DNA of 61,604 bases, from contig JAIKVO010000055.1 in NCBI GenBank assembly GCA_024685655.1, positions 1 through 61,604 on the forward strand, in the 5' to 3' direction. Below the pieces are notes generated by a model that saw only the letters and a program-made list of their open reading frames with translations, searched no databases and was not told where the DNA came from. A program made the position numbers and the translations under genes. Positions 9,161 to 18,771 of this stretch are shown piece by piece (the first letter of the stretch is position 1; each line of letters opens with the position of its first letter). Source of the stretch: Treponemataceae bacterium. Its GTDB lineage: Bacteria > Spirochaetota > Spirochaetia > Treponematales > Treponemataceae.

Positions 9161-9209
9161 TTTTCTTTACAGTTTACTATTTAGTAACTTATATACCACA
9201 AATCACTTC
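9146..9209 (-). promoter_or_regulatory. candidate antiterminator helix competing with the attenuator
   Basis: GAAGTGA (9209-9203, starting in the leader stop codon) pairs with TCACTTC (9152-9146). TGTGGT (9200-9195) pairs with ACCGCA (9161-9156). That is 13 bp with one wobble and a small internal loop, and it overlaps both arms of the terminator. Confidence 0.45.
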
Positions 9210-9279
9210 AACCCCTACTGTTCGTAAAGTAATAAAATGAGTAAAAGTAAAATGTGTTATAATAAGCGGTAAATGTCAT
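9208..9279 (-). CDS. Phe/Tyr-rich leader peptide MTFTAYYNTFYFYSFYYFTNSRG (23 aa)
   Basis: Read by hand; it is below the ORF-track size cutoff. It has 5 TTT, 3 TAT and 3 TAC codons out of 23. It lies between a good promoter and the attenuator terminator, upstream of the pheA/tyrA-containing operon. Confidence 0.65.
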   Translation of the reverse strand: MTFTAYYNTFYFYSFYYFTNSRG

Positions 9280-9285
9280 GAGCCA

Positions 9286-9314
9286 ATTAAAGCACTATTG
9301 TTTTTTTGTGTCAA
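9286..9314 (-). promoter_or_regulatory. sigma70-type promoter of the aro operon leader
   Basis: TTGACA (9314-9309), 17 nt, then TGcTTTAAT (hexamer 9291-9286). The leader ATG begins 7 nt after the hexamer, at the expected +1 position. Confidence 0.6.
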
Positions 9315-9334
9315 TGGGAAAATGGCACAAAATG

Positions 9335-9360
9335 AAAAAATGTTCTGATATATAAGAACA
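9335..9360 (-). terminator. weak intrinsic terminator after the radical SAM gene
   Basis: Minus strand has TGTTCT-tatatatc-AGAACA followed by T6. The stem is AT-rich, so this is weak. Confidence 0.35.
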
Positions 9361-9381
9361 TATAAGAATGAACACACAGTG

Positions 9382-11967
9382 TTATTTGTCGAAAACCGCC
9401 AGCTCTTGCCGGGCCTTTTTAAGAAAATGTTCATGAAGCGATGCAAGATAAGAGAATCTTTCAAAATAATCCAAAGGTTTTCCATTTTCGTCTCTTGCGA
9501 CCGTTTTTGTCTTAACGATATGAATAATCTTGTGGATTTTCTCTCCAAAAAACTCTGATATCGCGTCGCGCAAAGGTCTGTCGCCTTCAAAACAAACCTT
9601 TACAGAGTATTCGCCATCTTTTATTTTTTGTGCGTAAATCTGATATTTTGCTTTAAGTTCCGAATAAGATGAACAGTTGAAAAAGTCATCTGCATTTTTA
9701 CTATATTGATCTTTGAAGAGATAAATATATTCTGAGCCGTACAATTGAGTTGCAAGAGAAACTCGTTTTTTCTTTCGTGTCACAGGATAGATAATGCATT
9801 TTGTTATTTTGAATTGAGGTGGAAGACAATCATTTAACTTGTTCATAAATATTTCTGGAGTTGTTTCATATCTTAAAAGACATGAACCGATTTCATCAAA
9901 ACTTTCTGTTCCAAGCGAAATACATGTAGCCAGTTCCATACGCGGAACAGGATTGAAGCCGTCCGTGAAGATGATTGGAAGTTCCGTACGTAAGAAAGCT
10001 TTGTGAATCATTTCCTGCATTGCAAGGTGCGGAATAAACTGAGCACCGTTGTTCTTTGTAAAAGAAAAAAGAACCCTGTAAAGAAGCGGGATGTTGTTTT
10101 CTCTTATAGGCGCTGTTGTTATGCAGCTGTTTTTCAAATCTTCAGGCAGTTCGTCAAACTGGTTTTCTACAGAATCTTTATGAACATGTATATTTTTCTG
10201 TACATTGCAGACTCCGCAAGGTGTTTTGCAATGCTCTGAACAGCGGTCTGTAAGCTCTTGGTTCACGGATTTTTCGAATTCTCGTTTAAAAAATACAGGG
10301 CTTGCTCCAAGGCTTATATCGTTCCATGGTAAGATTTCGTCATCAGAACGCTCGCGGGTTACTTCGTGCTCAACATCCCAACCAGCTTCAGAAATCGCTT
10401 CCTGCCACAAATCTTTTCGCATGTGGTCTTCCCAAGCATCCAAGCGGCAACCCTTTTTGAAAGCAGAATAAAACAGATGGCCCGCCCTGCTGTCACCGCG
10501 CGAAATAATACCTTCCACAAACGAAACAAACTCGTCGTGTGTACTGACCTTAAATTTACCGCGCGGAAGCGATTTATGAATAAAAGCCATCTTCTCTTTT
10601 GATTCTTCCATCGTCAGCTGCCGTATGCGCTCATATGGAGTATGCGGTTTTGGAATAAATGTTCCAACGTTCACAGAACACTGAATATGCGTTTTTTCTT
10701 GTATTTCAAGAAGAAAATCGACAATTTCCTGCTCTTCTGTTTTAGGGTTATCCTGCTTTTTTATGTGACGTTCGTCATTAGCAGGAGGAAGTCCGACCAT
10801 AAAGTAAAACTTAGCCTTGCTCCAACCCCTCTTTTTTGCTTCCTCAATAATTTCAATGAGTTTATTCGTGTAAACTTCTTTGTTTACAGAAAGCTGCCAG
10901 GCTTCGGACGGGGTTTCTATGGCAAAAGTAAGTCCGCTTTTTCGGACTTCCGACAGCTTTTCAAGAAGCGGCAGCGTAAAAGTATTTACTTTTAGAGACG
11001 GCAGCTGGAATGAAACATTCGCTTTGGAAAACTTCTTTGTAAGGATATCAAGTAATTTGTCTATACAAGGATAATCGCCTGAAGACAGCGATGTAAGGCT
11101 TATTTCCCTAAAACCGCCTTCTCTGACTAAAGCTTCTGCTTCCTGCAAAATAAATTTCGGGTCTTTTGTCCGCTGTGGCCTGTAGTAAATACCGGCATGA
11201 CAAAAGCGGCATCCGTTCGGGCAGCCGCGCATAATTTCAATTACACCATGATTTTGGACTGGTTTTATCGTAGGTACAGGATAAAAGTTTTTTAATGACG
11301 CATACTGGCCGAACTGCTTGTCAAAAGCTTTCTCTGCTTTTTTACCCGGTATCCAAACATATTTGTTTTGGGCAAGAAGCTCAAGCAACTCTGCTTTTGA
11401 CGCGCCTTCTTTCTTTTTAAGAGCGAGTGTCTCGAAAAGCTTAAAGAATTCGTCTTCTGCTTCCCCTATAAAAACAGCGTCTAAAAAGTCTGTGAAAGGT
11501 GCCGGATTCGTTACGCCACAGCCGCCAGCAATCAGTATTGGGTGAGTTTCATCTCTGTCTTTTTTCAAAGCCGGTATATGAGCTGCTTCAAGTATTGTAA
11601 ACATTCCTGTAATGCCAAGCTCATAACCGATAGAAAAACCTATACAGTCGGCTTCGTAAAGAGGGATTCCTGTTTCAAGTGAAAAAAGCGGTATGTTCCG
11701 CTCTTTAAGAAGCTCTTCAAAATCTGTATCGGGTGCAAAAACGCGCTCACAACGTACGTATGGACTTTTATTCAATCCGTTATAAAGAATATGAACAGCC
11801 TGATTGCTCATTCCTATTTCATATAAATCCGGAAAAGCCATTACAAAAGTAAAAGGAACTGAATCATCTTTTACGGTCTGGCCGTATTCTCCGCCTAAAT
11901 AACGAGAAGGAGCCTGAACATCAAGAAGCGCGTCACCGAATATTTCCAAGGGATTTATATGAGTCAT
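9382..11967 (-). CDS. B12-binding-domain radical SAM protein fused to a DUF2344-type radical-SAM-linked domain (TIGR03960 + TIGR03936 architecture, from memory)
   Basis: The CxxxCxxC motif occurs in MRGCPNGCRFCHAG. At 861 aa it is about the length of the two families combined. The gene follows rodA after 43 nt. Confidence 0.8.
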   Translation of the reverse strand: MTHINPLEIFGDALLDVQAPSRYLGGEYGQTVKDDSVPFTFVMAFPDLYEIGMSNQAVHILYNGLNKSPYVRCERVFAPDTDFEELLKERNIPLFSLETGIPLYEADCIGFSIGYELGITGMFTILEAAHIPALKKDRDETHPILIAGGCGVTNPAPFTDFLDAVFIGEAEDEFFKLFETLALKKKEGASKAELLELLAQNKYVWIPGKKAEKAFDKQFGQYASLKNFYPVPTIKPVQNHGVIEIMRGCPNGCRFCHAGIYYRPQRTKDPKFILQEAEALVREGGFREISLTSLSSGDYPCIDKLLDILTKKFSKANVSFQLPSLKVNTFTLPLLEKLSEVRKSGLTFAIETPSEAWQLSVNKEVYTNKLIEIIEEAKKRGWSKAKFYFMVGLPPANDERHIKKQDNPKTEEQEIVDFLLEIQEKTHIQCSVNVGTFIPKPHTPYERIRQLTMEESKEKMAFIHKSLPRGKFKVSTHDEFVSFVEGIISRGDSRAGHLFYSAFKKGCRLDAWEDHMRKDLWQEAISEAGWDVEHEVTRERSDDEILPWNDISLGASPVFFKREFEKSVNQELTDRCSEHCKTPCGVCNVQKNIHVHKDSVENQFDELPEDLKNSCITTAPIRENNIPLLYRVLFSFTKNNGAQFIPHLAMQEMIHKAFLRTELPIIFTDGFNPVPRMELATCISLGTESFDEIGSCLLRYETTPEIFMNKLNDCLPPQFKITKCIIYPVTRKKKRVSLATQLYGSEYIYLFKDQYSKNADDFFNCSSYSELKAKYQIYAQKIKDGEYSVKVCFEGDRPLRDAISEFFGEKIHKIIHIVKTKTVARDENGKPLDYFERFSYLASLHEHFLKKARQELAVFDK

Positions 11968-12010
11968 ATTATCTCCAAAGCTTGCAGATAGTTAGAATTA
12001 TCGTACGAAA

Positions 12011-13330
12011 TCAGAAAGCAGTGTTAAAATCGAGCCTTCTATAATTGATACTCATAAGAATACCAATGGAAATCATCGATGTCCACAAATGAGAACCACC
12101 GTACGAAAGAAACAGTAAAGGAATACCTGTAATCGGCATTATTCCCATGACCATTCCTACATTGACGATAAAATGATAAAAGAACATGAACATTATACCA
12201 GCTGCGATATAATATCCGTAAACGTTCGTGGTATTCTTTATTATAAAAGCAATTCTAAGCAATATTATAAGATACATGGCGAATACTGCGAAACCGCCGA
12301 CAAAACCCCATTCTTCAGAAAGAATACTGAATATAAAATCGGTGCTTTGCTGCGGTAGATATCTCAAATGGCTTTGGGTTCCTTTAAGGAATCCTTGCCC
12401 AAAAAGGTTTCCGGAACCGATAGCAATTTTGGAGTGGATAATATTCCAGCCGGTATCCAAAGGATCTATATCAGGATTTATGAAAATGATAAGACGACGC
12501 ATCTGATATGTTTTCAGGACTTTTCCTGCAGCAATAGAAAGAAGAAGCGACAGAACAATTATTCCAGAAACATATGCTATCCAGTAAAAATATCGTTTAT
12601 TAAAAAAGATATTTCCAAGCAGACTTAACAGACAAATCAAGCTAACAGAGGCTATGACAATAAGGCGTAGCTTCATCTCTCGAAGAACAGCAAGAATAGG
12701 GATATTCCTTTGCAGAATAAGCTTTTCCCAAGATGGTAATACTGTAAAAAATATTGTCAGAAGGGCTGTCGCAAGAAGTATCACAAGATATCTGACCGGA
12801 ACTCCTGCGACAAAACACATCGCAATAAAAATTGGAACATAAACGCTGGCAGTTCCTAGATCTGGTTGAAGTAGAATTAACCCCATCGGGCAAGCCAGTA
12901 TAATACAAAGGAAAATAAAGCGTTTCAGAGGATTCATCTGTTCTGTTTTTTCCAACATTGATGCGAAAAACAGTATAAAAACTACTTTTCCAAGCTCAGA
13001 AGGCTGTAATCCTGCACTTCCAAATCCAATCCAAGAACGCGCACCATTTACTTTACGTCCTAAAAAAAGTGTGTATACAAGAACAGCCAGCATGGCGAAG
13101 AATATGTATTTCGAGCTTCTTTCAAAACGTCTGTAATCAAACAAAGAAAAAGCGAAAATAAGAACAAGTCCGGTAGAACCAAAAATAATCTGTTTTATAT
13201 ATTCATCAGAAACTAATACACCAGTTGAATCTATTCGGGATGAATATATAAAGAAAACACCAATGGTTATAAGAATTATAGCTGGAATCAGCAAAAGCAA
13301 ATCAAAATGTTCGAAAAAACGAAATTTCAT
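12011..13330 (-). CDS. rodA: rod shape-determining SEDS peptidoglycan polymerase RodA
   Basis: Polytopic FtsW/RodA/SpoVE protein with PSELGK, LQPDLGT, QQSTDFIFS and GIPLLFLSYGGS. Confidence 0.9.
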   Translation of the reverse strand: MKFRFFEHFDLLLLIPAIILITIGVFFIYSSRIDSTGVLVSDEYIKQIIFGSTGLVLIFAFSLFDYRRFERSSKYIFFAMLAVLVYTLFLGRKVNGARSWIGFGSAGLQPSELGKVVFILFFASMLEKTEQMNPLKRFIFLCIILACPMGLILLQPDLGTASVYVPIFIAMCFVAGVPVRYLVILLATALLTIFFTVLPSWEKLILQRNIPILAVLREMKLRLIVIASVSLICLLSLLGNIFFNKRYFYWIAYVSGIIVLSLLLSIAAGKVLKTYQMRRLIIFINPDIDPLDTGWNIIHSKIAIGSGNLFGQGFLKGTQSHLRYLPQQSTDFIFSILSEEWGFVGGFAVFAMYLIILLRIAFIIKNTTNVYGYYIAAGIMFMFFYHFIVNVGMVMGIMPITGIPLLFLSYGGSHLWTSMISIGILMSINYRRLDFNTAF

Positions 13331-13331
13331 A

Positions 13332-15227
13332 TTACTCCTGGCGTCCTACCGGTTTTGCTATATTAGTAAAGTGAAGAGCCTTTACAGCCTCATCATAAGT
13401 TTGATTCGCAAAAATACCCTGAAATATGATGTTTGAAGCATATGGAGCCCACCATTCCCATGTATTGGCAGCTTCTACAAGTACGACGACAACAACAGCA
13501 TCTTCAGGATCTCCGTCAAATGGACCATATCCTACGAACCACGAATGCCAGCTTTCGTCGTATCCGCTCACTTCCGCCGTTCCTGTTTTTCCTGCAATCT
13601 GAACTACTTTATTTGCAAGAGGATACGTTGCAGAACCATCTGTAACCATATAACGTAGGTTCGTTTTCATTTCTTTCCAGATATTCTCATCAATATCCAT
13701 TGTATACATTGGTTCAGGTTCTATAGATTGTATAATCTCGTTCGTGACAGGATCTCGTATTTCTTTTAAAAGATGTGGTTTATAAATTACACCTTCATTA
13801 ACGATCATCGACATCATGTCTGCGACATGAAGTGGTGTTACGAGCGTATCGCTTTGTCCAATTGACATATTCATCGTATCTCCGTCCATCCACTTCTGAT
13901 GATATCTTCGCTCTTTCCATTGTGCTGTAGGAACGAAACCATCTGTAGATGTAGGAAGATCTATTCCAAGAGGAAGCCCGTAACCGAAATTATTTGCATA
14001 TTCAGATATACGGTCTACTCCAAGATAGTCACGGCCAATTGTCCAGAAATAAATGTTGCATGATTGTGCAAGTGCATTTTTCAAATCCAAAAAACCATGC
14101 GTACCTTTTTTATAAATATGGCATCGCCAAGGTCGTCCACCGTAGTCCATTATTCCGGTACACTCGATTTTTTGATCAGCAGGAAAAGTTTTTTCGGTAA
14201 GCAATGCGGTAGACATAATAACTTTGAAAGTTGATGCAGGCGGATATGCTGCATTTACCGCTCTGTTAATAAAAGGTTTGTTAGGATTTTCCTTTAATTT
14301 TTGAAGTTCTGCTGCGGATTGACGTGTACTGAAAAGGTTTGCATCGAAATATGGATATGAAACCATAGCAAGTACTTCACCGGTACTTGGTTTCAATACA
14401 ACAGCTGCTCCTATTCGTTCTCCAAGCGCATCTTCTGCCAAGTGTTGTATTCCCGTATCAATAGTAAGAACAAGATTTTTCCCCAACTCTGGCGGCTGTT
14501 TTGTTACAGGTGTACTGGAAAGATTTCTTCCTTTAACGTCTACGGTACGATATTCAATACCAGTTTTTCCTTGTAAAAGCTCGTCATATTGGCTTTCAAT
14601 ACCAGTCTTTCCAACAATACTTGTGCTTGTATATCCCTTATTGTAAAGAACTTTAAGTTCATCTTTTGTTATATCACCTACATATCCAATTACATGAGAA
14701 AGTGACGTGTTTTCAATATAGTTTCTAAGCGGCTTTGATCGCCATGAAACACCAGGAAGGTCTGTTATGTTTTCGGCAATATTGTTTATTTCATCAAAAG
14801 ATACGCTTGACTTTATCTCATAAGTCGCGTATTGCTTTCGCTCACTGGCCGGTATTTTATTATCAATATCAAATTTGCTCATTCCAAGATATTGGGCAAG
14901 CCGTGATGCCACGCTGTCATATTTACTTCCCGCTTCACCAGGAATAAAGTCTACAGCGAAAGAATCAATGTTGTTTACGATAGGATAATCTGCTTTCCGG
15001 TCATAAATCTCACCGCGCTGGGCTGGAAGAATTTTTGTACGCTGCGCAACAAGAGTTGATTGGATTCTGTATCCATCTCCTTCAACTACTTGCATTTTAA
15101 AAAGTACCACAAGATATAAAATAAAAGTAACGACAACAATTATTGAAAGTAAAAGGATTTTTTCATTCTTTTTTCCTGTACTTCCTGCTTGGTTTTGTAA
15201 ATCTGTAGCATGTATTACTTTTACCAT
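13332..15227 (-). CDS. mrdA: penicillin-binding protein 2 (elongasome transpeptidase)
   Basis: N-terminal TM anchor, then SxxK (ASTFK), SxN (SCN) and KTG (GKTGTA). Confidence 0.9.
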   Translation of the reverse strand: MVKVIHATDLQNQAGSTGKKNEKILLLSIIVVVTFILYLVVLFKMQVVEGDGYRIQSTLVAQRTKILPAQRGEIYDRKADYPIVNNIDSFAVDFIPGEAGSKYDSVASRLAQYLGMSKFDIDNKIPASERKQYATYEIKSSVSFDEINNIAENITDLPGVSWRSKPLRNYIENTSLSHVIGYVGDITKDELKVLYNKGYTSTSIVGKTGIESQYDELLQGKTGIEYRTVDVKGRNLSSTPVTKQPPELGKNLVLTIDTGIQHLAEDALGERIGAAVVLKPSTGEVLAMVSYPYFDANLFSTRQSAAELQKLKENPNKPFINRAVNAAYPPASTFKVIMSTALLTEKTFPADQKIECTGIMDYGGRPWRCHIYKKGTHGFLDLKNALAQSCNIYFWTIGRDYLGVDRISEYANNFGYGLPLGIDLPTSTDGFVPTAQWKERRYHQKWMDGDTMNMSIGQSDTLVTPLHVADMMSMIVNEGVIYKPHLLKEIRDPVTNEIIQSIEPEPMYTMDIDENIWKEMKTNLRYMVTDGSATYPLANKVVQIAGKTGTAEVSGYDESWHSWFVGYGPFDGDPEDAVVVVVLVEAANTWEWWAPYASNIIFQGIFANQTYDEAVKALHFTNIAKPVGRQE

Positions 15228-15246
15228 TTTTCTTCGCTACCCTTTA

Positions 15247-15771
15247 TTACATTTTTCTAGAAGACTGATTTATTGCTTCTGTCGGATCTTCTGACAGAGA
15301 TCGGAATTTAGAAAAAACAAAAAATAAAACAGGTGCTAGAAGCCCATTTACAAGACATTCAAGCCATATATTGATATTCAAGAAATCGTATGTATAAACA
15401 ATATTCGGGAAAAAGAACGAAACAAGTTGTTGTAGCAATGCTTTTAGCAGAGTTGCGCTTACACCAAGAAAAACAGGAACAATGAAACCATTTGTATTCA
15501 GCGTCAAAAAGAAAAGGCCTGCTATAAAACCGATTATTGTTCGTAGAAATGCATTCAATCCAAGCGGTGATGCGCTCAAAACATCAAGGAACAGTCCGGA
15601 AAAAAAGCCGTTCGTCTCCCCGACTAGCGAACCTCTATGAATTGCAACATAAACTGTGAAAAGAAGAATTAAATCTGGTATTATAGGAAATACAACAATA
15701 TTAGTTAGAATTGCTGTCTCAAAAAAGAGAAATGAGAAAATAAAAAGAAAGCATGTAAGAAAAGTTTTCAT
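15247..15771 (-). CDS. mreD: rod shape-determining protein MreD
   Basis: 174-aa polytopic membrane protein lying between mreC and mrdA. Confidence 0.8.
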   Translation of the reverse strand: MKTFLTCFLFIFSFLFFETAILTNIVVFPIIPDLILLFTVYVAIHRGSLVGETNGFFSGLFLDVLSASPLGLNAFLRTIIGFIAGLFFLTLNTNGFIVPVFLGVSATLLKALLQQLVSFFFPNIVYTYDFLNINIWLECLVNGLLAPVLFFVFSKFRSLSEDPTEAINQSSRKM

Positions 15772-15777
15772 ACCGCA

Positions 15778-16638
15778 TCAATCCGTAATAGCAAGATTTT
15801 TAAAATCTGCGACAATAACATTCTCTAATCTATTAAAATCGATTACAGGGATAATCTGTAGTTCAAGAGATGTATCGTAATCGAGTGCCGTAATAGATGA
15901 AATTGTTCCAATTGGTATATCCTTCATGTAATTATCATTTTCACCGGATGTGAGTATCACATCTCCGTATTGGATTTCATCCATAACACGCTTTTTAATA
16001 TAGCTCATTGTAAGATAATCACATGTATATCCGTTTCCACTTACAATTCCAATATCGCGGGTAGTTTCAATTTTTGCGGATATATTGCACTGGTAATCAT
16101 AGATGGGGAGAATCATGCTTGTGTAAGGACCAACTGATATTACTTTACCTACAAGACCTACGTTTCCGTTCTGTATGGCGATTACAGGCATACCTTTGCC
16201 AATTCCGTTACGGCTGCCTTTGTTAATCGTTATTCCTGAATAATTTGCATTAGGGTCTCTTGCAATGATTTGTGCTGTACAATAATCATAAGGCAATGTT
16301 TCGGTGTAGTCTAAAAGTTCTTTTAAACGCTCGTTCTCTTTTCTTATTTCTACATTGTTTCTTTGAAGATATTTATAGTCTTCAAGTTTTTCTGTAAGAA
16401 GCTCATAATCTTTCTTAAGCTGGGAAAGCTCCGCAACAGAAGAGAAGAAAGTCGTCACTCCTGAATAAACAGCGTGAACTCCTCTTTGAACCGTAGAAAC
16501 AATAGCAAATCCGACATCTTTAAAACTTATGACAAAACCACCTGTGGACATAGCGAGAAAAAAACCGCTGACAATTAAATATATCAGGAAGAAAAAGAGA
16601 GGAATCTTAATTGTCTTTCTGCGTTGTTTTTCTGCCAT
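15778..16638 (-). CDS. mreC: rod shape-determining protein MreC
   Basis: N-terminal TM segment, a coiled coil (LKKDYELLTEKLEDYKYLQRNNVEIRKENERLKELL) and a beta-barrel C-terminus (GLVGKV). It follows mreB. Confidence 0.9.
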   Translation of the reverse strand: MAEKQRRKTIKIPLFFFLIYLIVSGFFLAMSTGGFVISFKDVGFAIVSTVQRGVHAVYSGVTTFFSSVAELSQLKKDYELLTEKLEDYKYLQRNNVEIRKENERLKELLDYTETLPYDYCTAQIIARDPNANYSGITINKGSRNGIGKGMPVIAIQNGNVGLVGKVISVGPYTSMILPIYDYQCNISAKIETTRDIGIVSGNGYTCDYLTMSYIKKRVMDEIQYGDVILTSGENDNYMKDIPIGTISSITALDYDTSLELQIIPVIDFNRLENVIVADFKNLAITD

Positions 16639-16646
16639 ACTGCACG

Positions 16647-17693
16647 TCAGTCATTTAAATTATCATAAATACTTCGGTCAGATGACATATCACGGAATAA
16701 TTCGAACGCTTGTCCTGCACCAATTGCAACACTTTCAAGCGGTTTTTCAGCAAGGAATACTGGAACTCCTGTTTCTTTCTGAATAAGCGCCGGAAGTCCT
16801 TTCAAAAGAGAACCTCCACCAGTCATTACAATACCGCGTTCTACAATATCAGCAGCGAGTTCTGGCGGTGTTTTTGCCAGTGTACGCTTAATTTCTTCAA
16901 CGATTTGTGTTACAGGATCTTTCAACGCTTCACGTACTTCAACAGAATCAATCTCAAGACGGCGAGGAAGACCAGTAATAGCGTCTCCGCCTTTTATTTC
17001 CATTTTTTCTGTTTTTATATCCTGAGTTGGCGGGCAAGCATTACCAATCTCAATCTTAAGACGTTCTGCTGTCTGTTGCCCGATTATAAGATTATGCACA
17101 CTTCTTACGTGTTTTATGATTGATTCGTCGAATTCATCACCGCCTAGTCTTATTGCGCTCGTTACTACCATACCACCAAGCGAAATAACTGAAACTTCAG
17201 TCGTACCACCGCCAATATCGCATACCATATGACCGGCAGGCTCGTGTATAGGAATTTGTGCACCAATTGCCGCAGCAAGGGATTCCTCTATAACCTGAAC
17301 TTCTTTCGCACCTGACTTAAGGGCTGCTTCCTGAACGGCTCTTTTTTCTACATCTGTTATACAGCTAGGAATTCCAATTTTCATTCTCATAGATTTGATA
17401 AGTTTATGCTTAGGCATAATTTTGGATATGAAATAGCGTATCATCTTTTCGGTGCTGTCAAGATCGGCAATAACACCGTCTGCCATCGGACGTATCGCAA
17501 GAATATCACCAGGAGTTTTCCAAAGCATACGCTTTGCTTCAGCACCTACAGCAACGACATTCTTTGTACCTCTTTCAACGGCAACTACAGATGGTTCATT
17601 AATAAGAATACCTTTACCACGCACATAGATAAGTGTATTACACGTACCTAAATCTATACCGATATCTGTTGAAAATCTGTCAAGAAACCCCAC
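16647..17693 (-). CDS. mreB: actin-like rod shape protein MreB (GTG start)
   Basis: [30 protein letters not shown] and [13 protein letters not shown] is AAAGGGGA. Confidence 0.95.
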   Translation of the reverse strand: MGFLDRFSTDIGIDLGTCNTLIYVRGKGILINEPSVVAVERGTKNVVAVGAEAKRMLWKTPGDILAIRPMADGVIADLDSTEKMIRYFISKIMPKHKLIKSMRMKIGIPSCITDVEKRAVQEAALKSGAKEVQVIEESLAAAIGAQIPIHEPAGHMVCDIGGGTTEVSVISLGGMVVTSAIRLGGDEFDESIIKHVRSVHNLIIGQQTAERLKIEIGNACPPTQDIKTEKMEIKGGDAITGLPRRLEIDSVEVREALKDPVTQIVEEIKRTLAKTPPELAADIVERGIVMTGGGSLLKGLPALIQKETGVPVFLAEKPLESVAIGAGQAFELFRDMSSDRSIYDNLND

Positions 17694-17713
17694 TTTAATC
17701 CCCTTTCTTTTTT

Positions 17714-17743
17714 ATTATATACGCAATGCAACAAAATTATCAA
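17714..17743 (-). promoter_or_regulatory. candidate promoter of the mreB operon
   Basis: TTGATA (17743-17738), 18 nt, then TATAAT (17719-17714). A leader with SD lies ahead of the GTG at 17693. Confidence 0.45.
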
Positions 17744-17798
17744 CCAAGTTTTTCTAATCAAAACAGCTTTTATTCAAGTTTTGCTTAGCAAAAATAAA

Positions 17799-18749
17799 TC
17801 AACCTAATTTTTCTAAGGCCCCTTTGTGATTTCCTTGAATCTTTAAGGCTTTTCTCCATTCAGCCCTTGCTTTAGCCATTTCTCCTTGTTTCTCGTATAT
17901 TATACCAATTCCGTAGTATGCGTCAGCATTATTTGGATTTTTTCCCAAAATAAATTGGTATTCATTGTAAGCATCTGTATATGATTCTTCGGATACATAG
18001 ATTTCAGCGAGTAATATTGCGGCCTTTATTTGCAAAGTTTCGTCTGCTGCTCCTGTTTTTATCCGAAACAAATACTGTTTTGCTGTATCTGACTGGTCGT
18101 TTTTTATATATTGCTCGGCAATTGCGAATCTTAATTCATCTGTGTCATGTATGAACAACGCTTCAGAAAAAGCTGCAATACTCTCTTCTGGCATAGAAAG
18201 CTGTGCGTAGCATAACCCAAGATACTCCGGAATATCATCGGCTTTAATCCCATTTTTTTCAGCTTCAGTCAAATAATACACGGCAAGATCGGAATAATAG
18301 TGATAAGCTGACAGAAAATTTCTATGAAAATATGCTTTTCCAAGTACATATTGAACTTGTGGCAAAAGCGAAGGTGGCGCGCTTCTTAACGACATTCTAA
18401 GAGCTATAATAGAACTTTCAAGATATGAACGTGCTGATGAAGTATCGCTTTCAGCAAGAGAAAGATAGAAAAGTGCATATCCCCTATATGCCCAGGCTGT
18501 TCCATCGGAAGGTGTGGCTGAAATTATTCTTTCAGTTATATCTGCAACAAGTATATAATTCTGATCGTCCCATGCTTCATAAACTTTTGAAAGCGTTGGA
18601 TAATCAGAATATTTTGTAAGAAGAAAACGAATTGCAAAGAAAAGCACAAACAGAGTCGCGGCTATTATCAAGATTGATATTATAAGCCGTCGTAGTGAGA
18701 AATTTTTTCTTTTTACGACAGATGTCTGAAACAACGCTCTGTTTTTCAT
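17799..18749 (-). CDS. membrane-anchored TPR-repeat protein
   Basis: The ORF track extends to 18839, but the first 30 codons overlap the 3' part of rnpB. Met31 (MKNRALF..., 18749) follows the SD GGGTGGGG. TPR-like repeats run through the C-terminal half (AYYGIGIIYEKQGEMAKARAEWRKAL). Confidence 0.75.
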   Translation of the reverse strand: MKNRALFQTSVVKRKNFSLRRLIISILIIAATLFVLFFAIRFLLTKYSDYPTLSKVYEAWDDQNYILVADITERIISATPSDGTAWAYRGYALFYLSLAESDTSSARSYLESSIIALRMSLRSAPPSLLPQVQYVLGKAYFHRNFLSAYHYYSDLAVYYLTEAEKNGIKADDIPEYLGLCYAQLSMPEESIAAFSEALFIHDTDELRFAIAEQYIKNDQSDTAKQYLFRIKTGAADETLQIKAAILLAEIYVSEESYTDAYNEYQFILGKNPNNADAYYGIGIIYEKQGEMAKARAEWRKALKIQGNHKGALEKLG

Positions 18750-18771
18750 TTTCCCCACCCATATAAAAACA

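Noticed and set aside
9099-9381. T-box or other riboswitch as an alternative explanation for the aro leader. The same was considered for the 92-nt region upstream of metG.
   Set aside because: I found no T-box consensus (AGGGTGGTACCGCG-like), specifier-loop architecture or other riboswitch core. The leader is short, about 180 nt, and is better explained by the F/Y mini-ORF. The metG upstream region is too short for a T-box.
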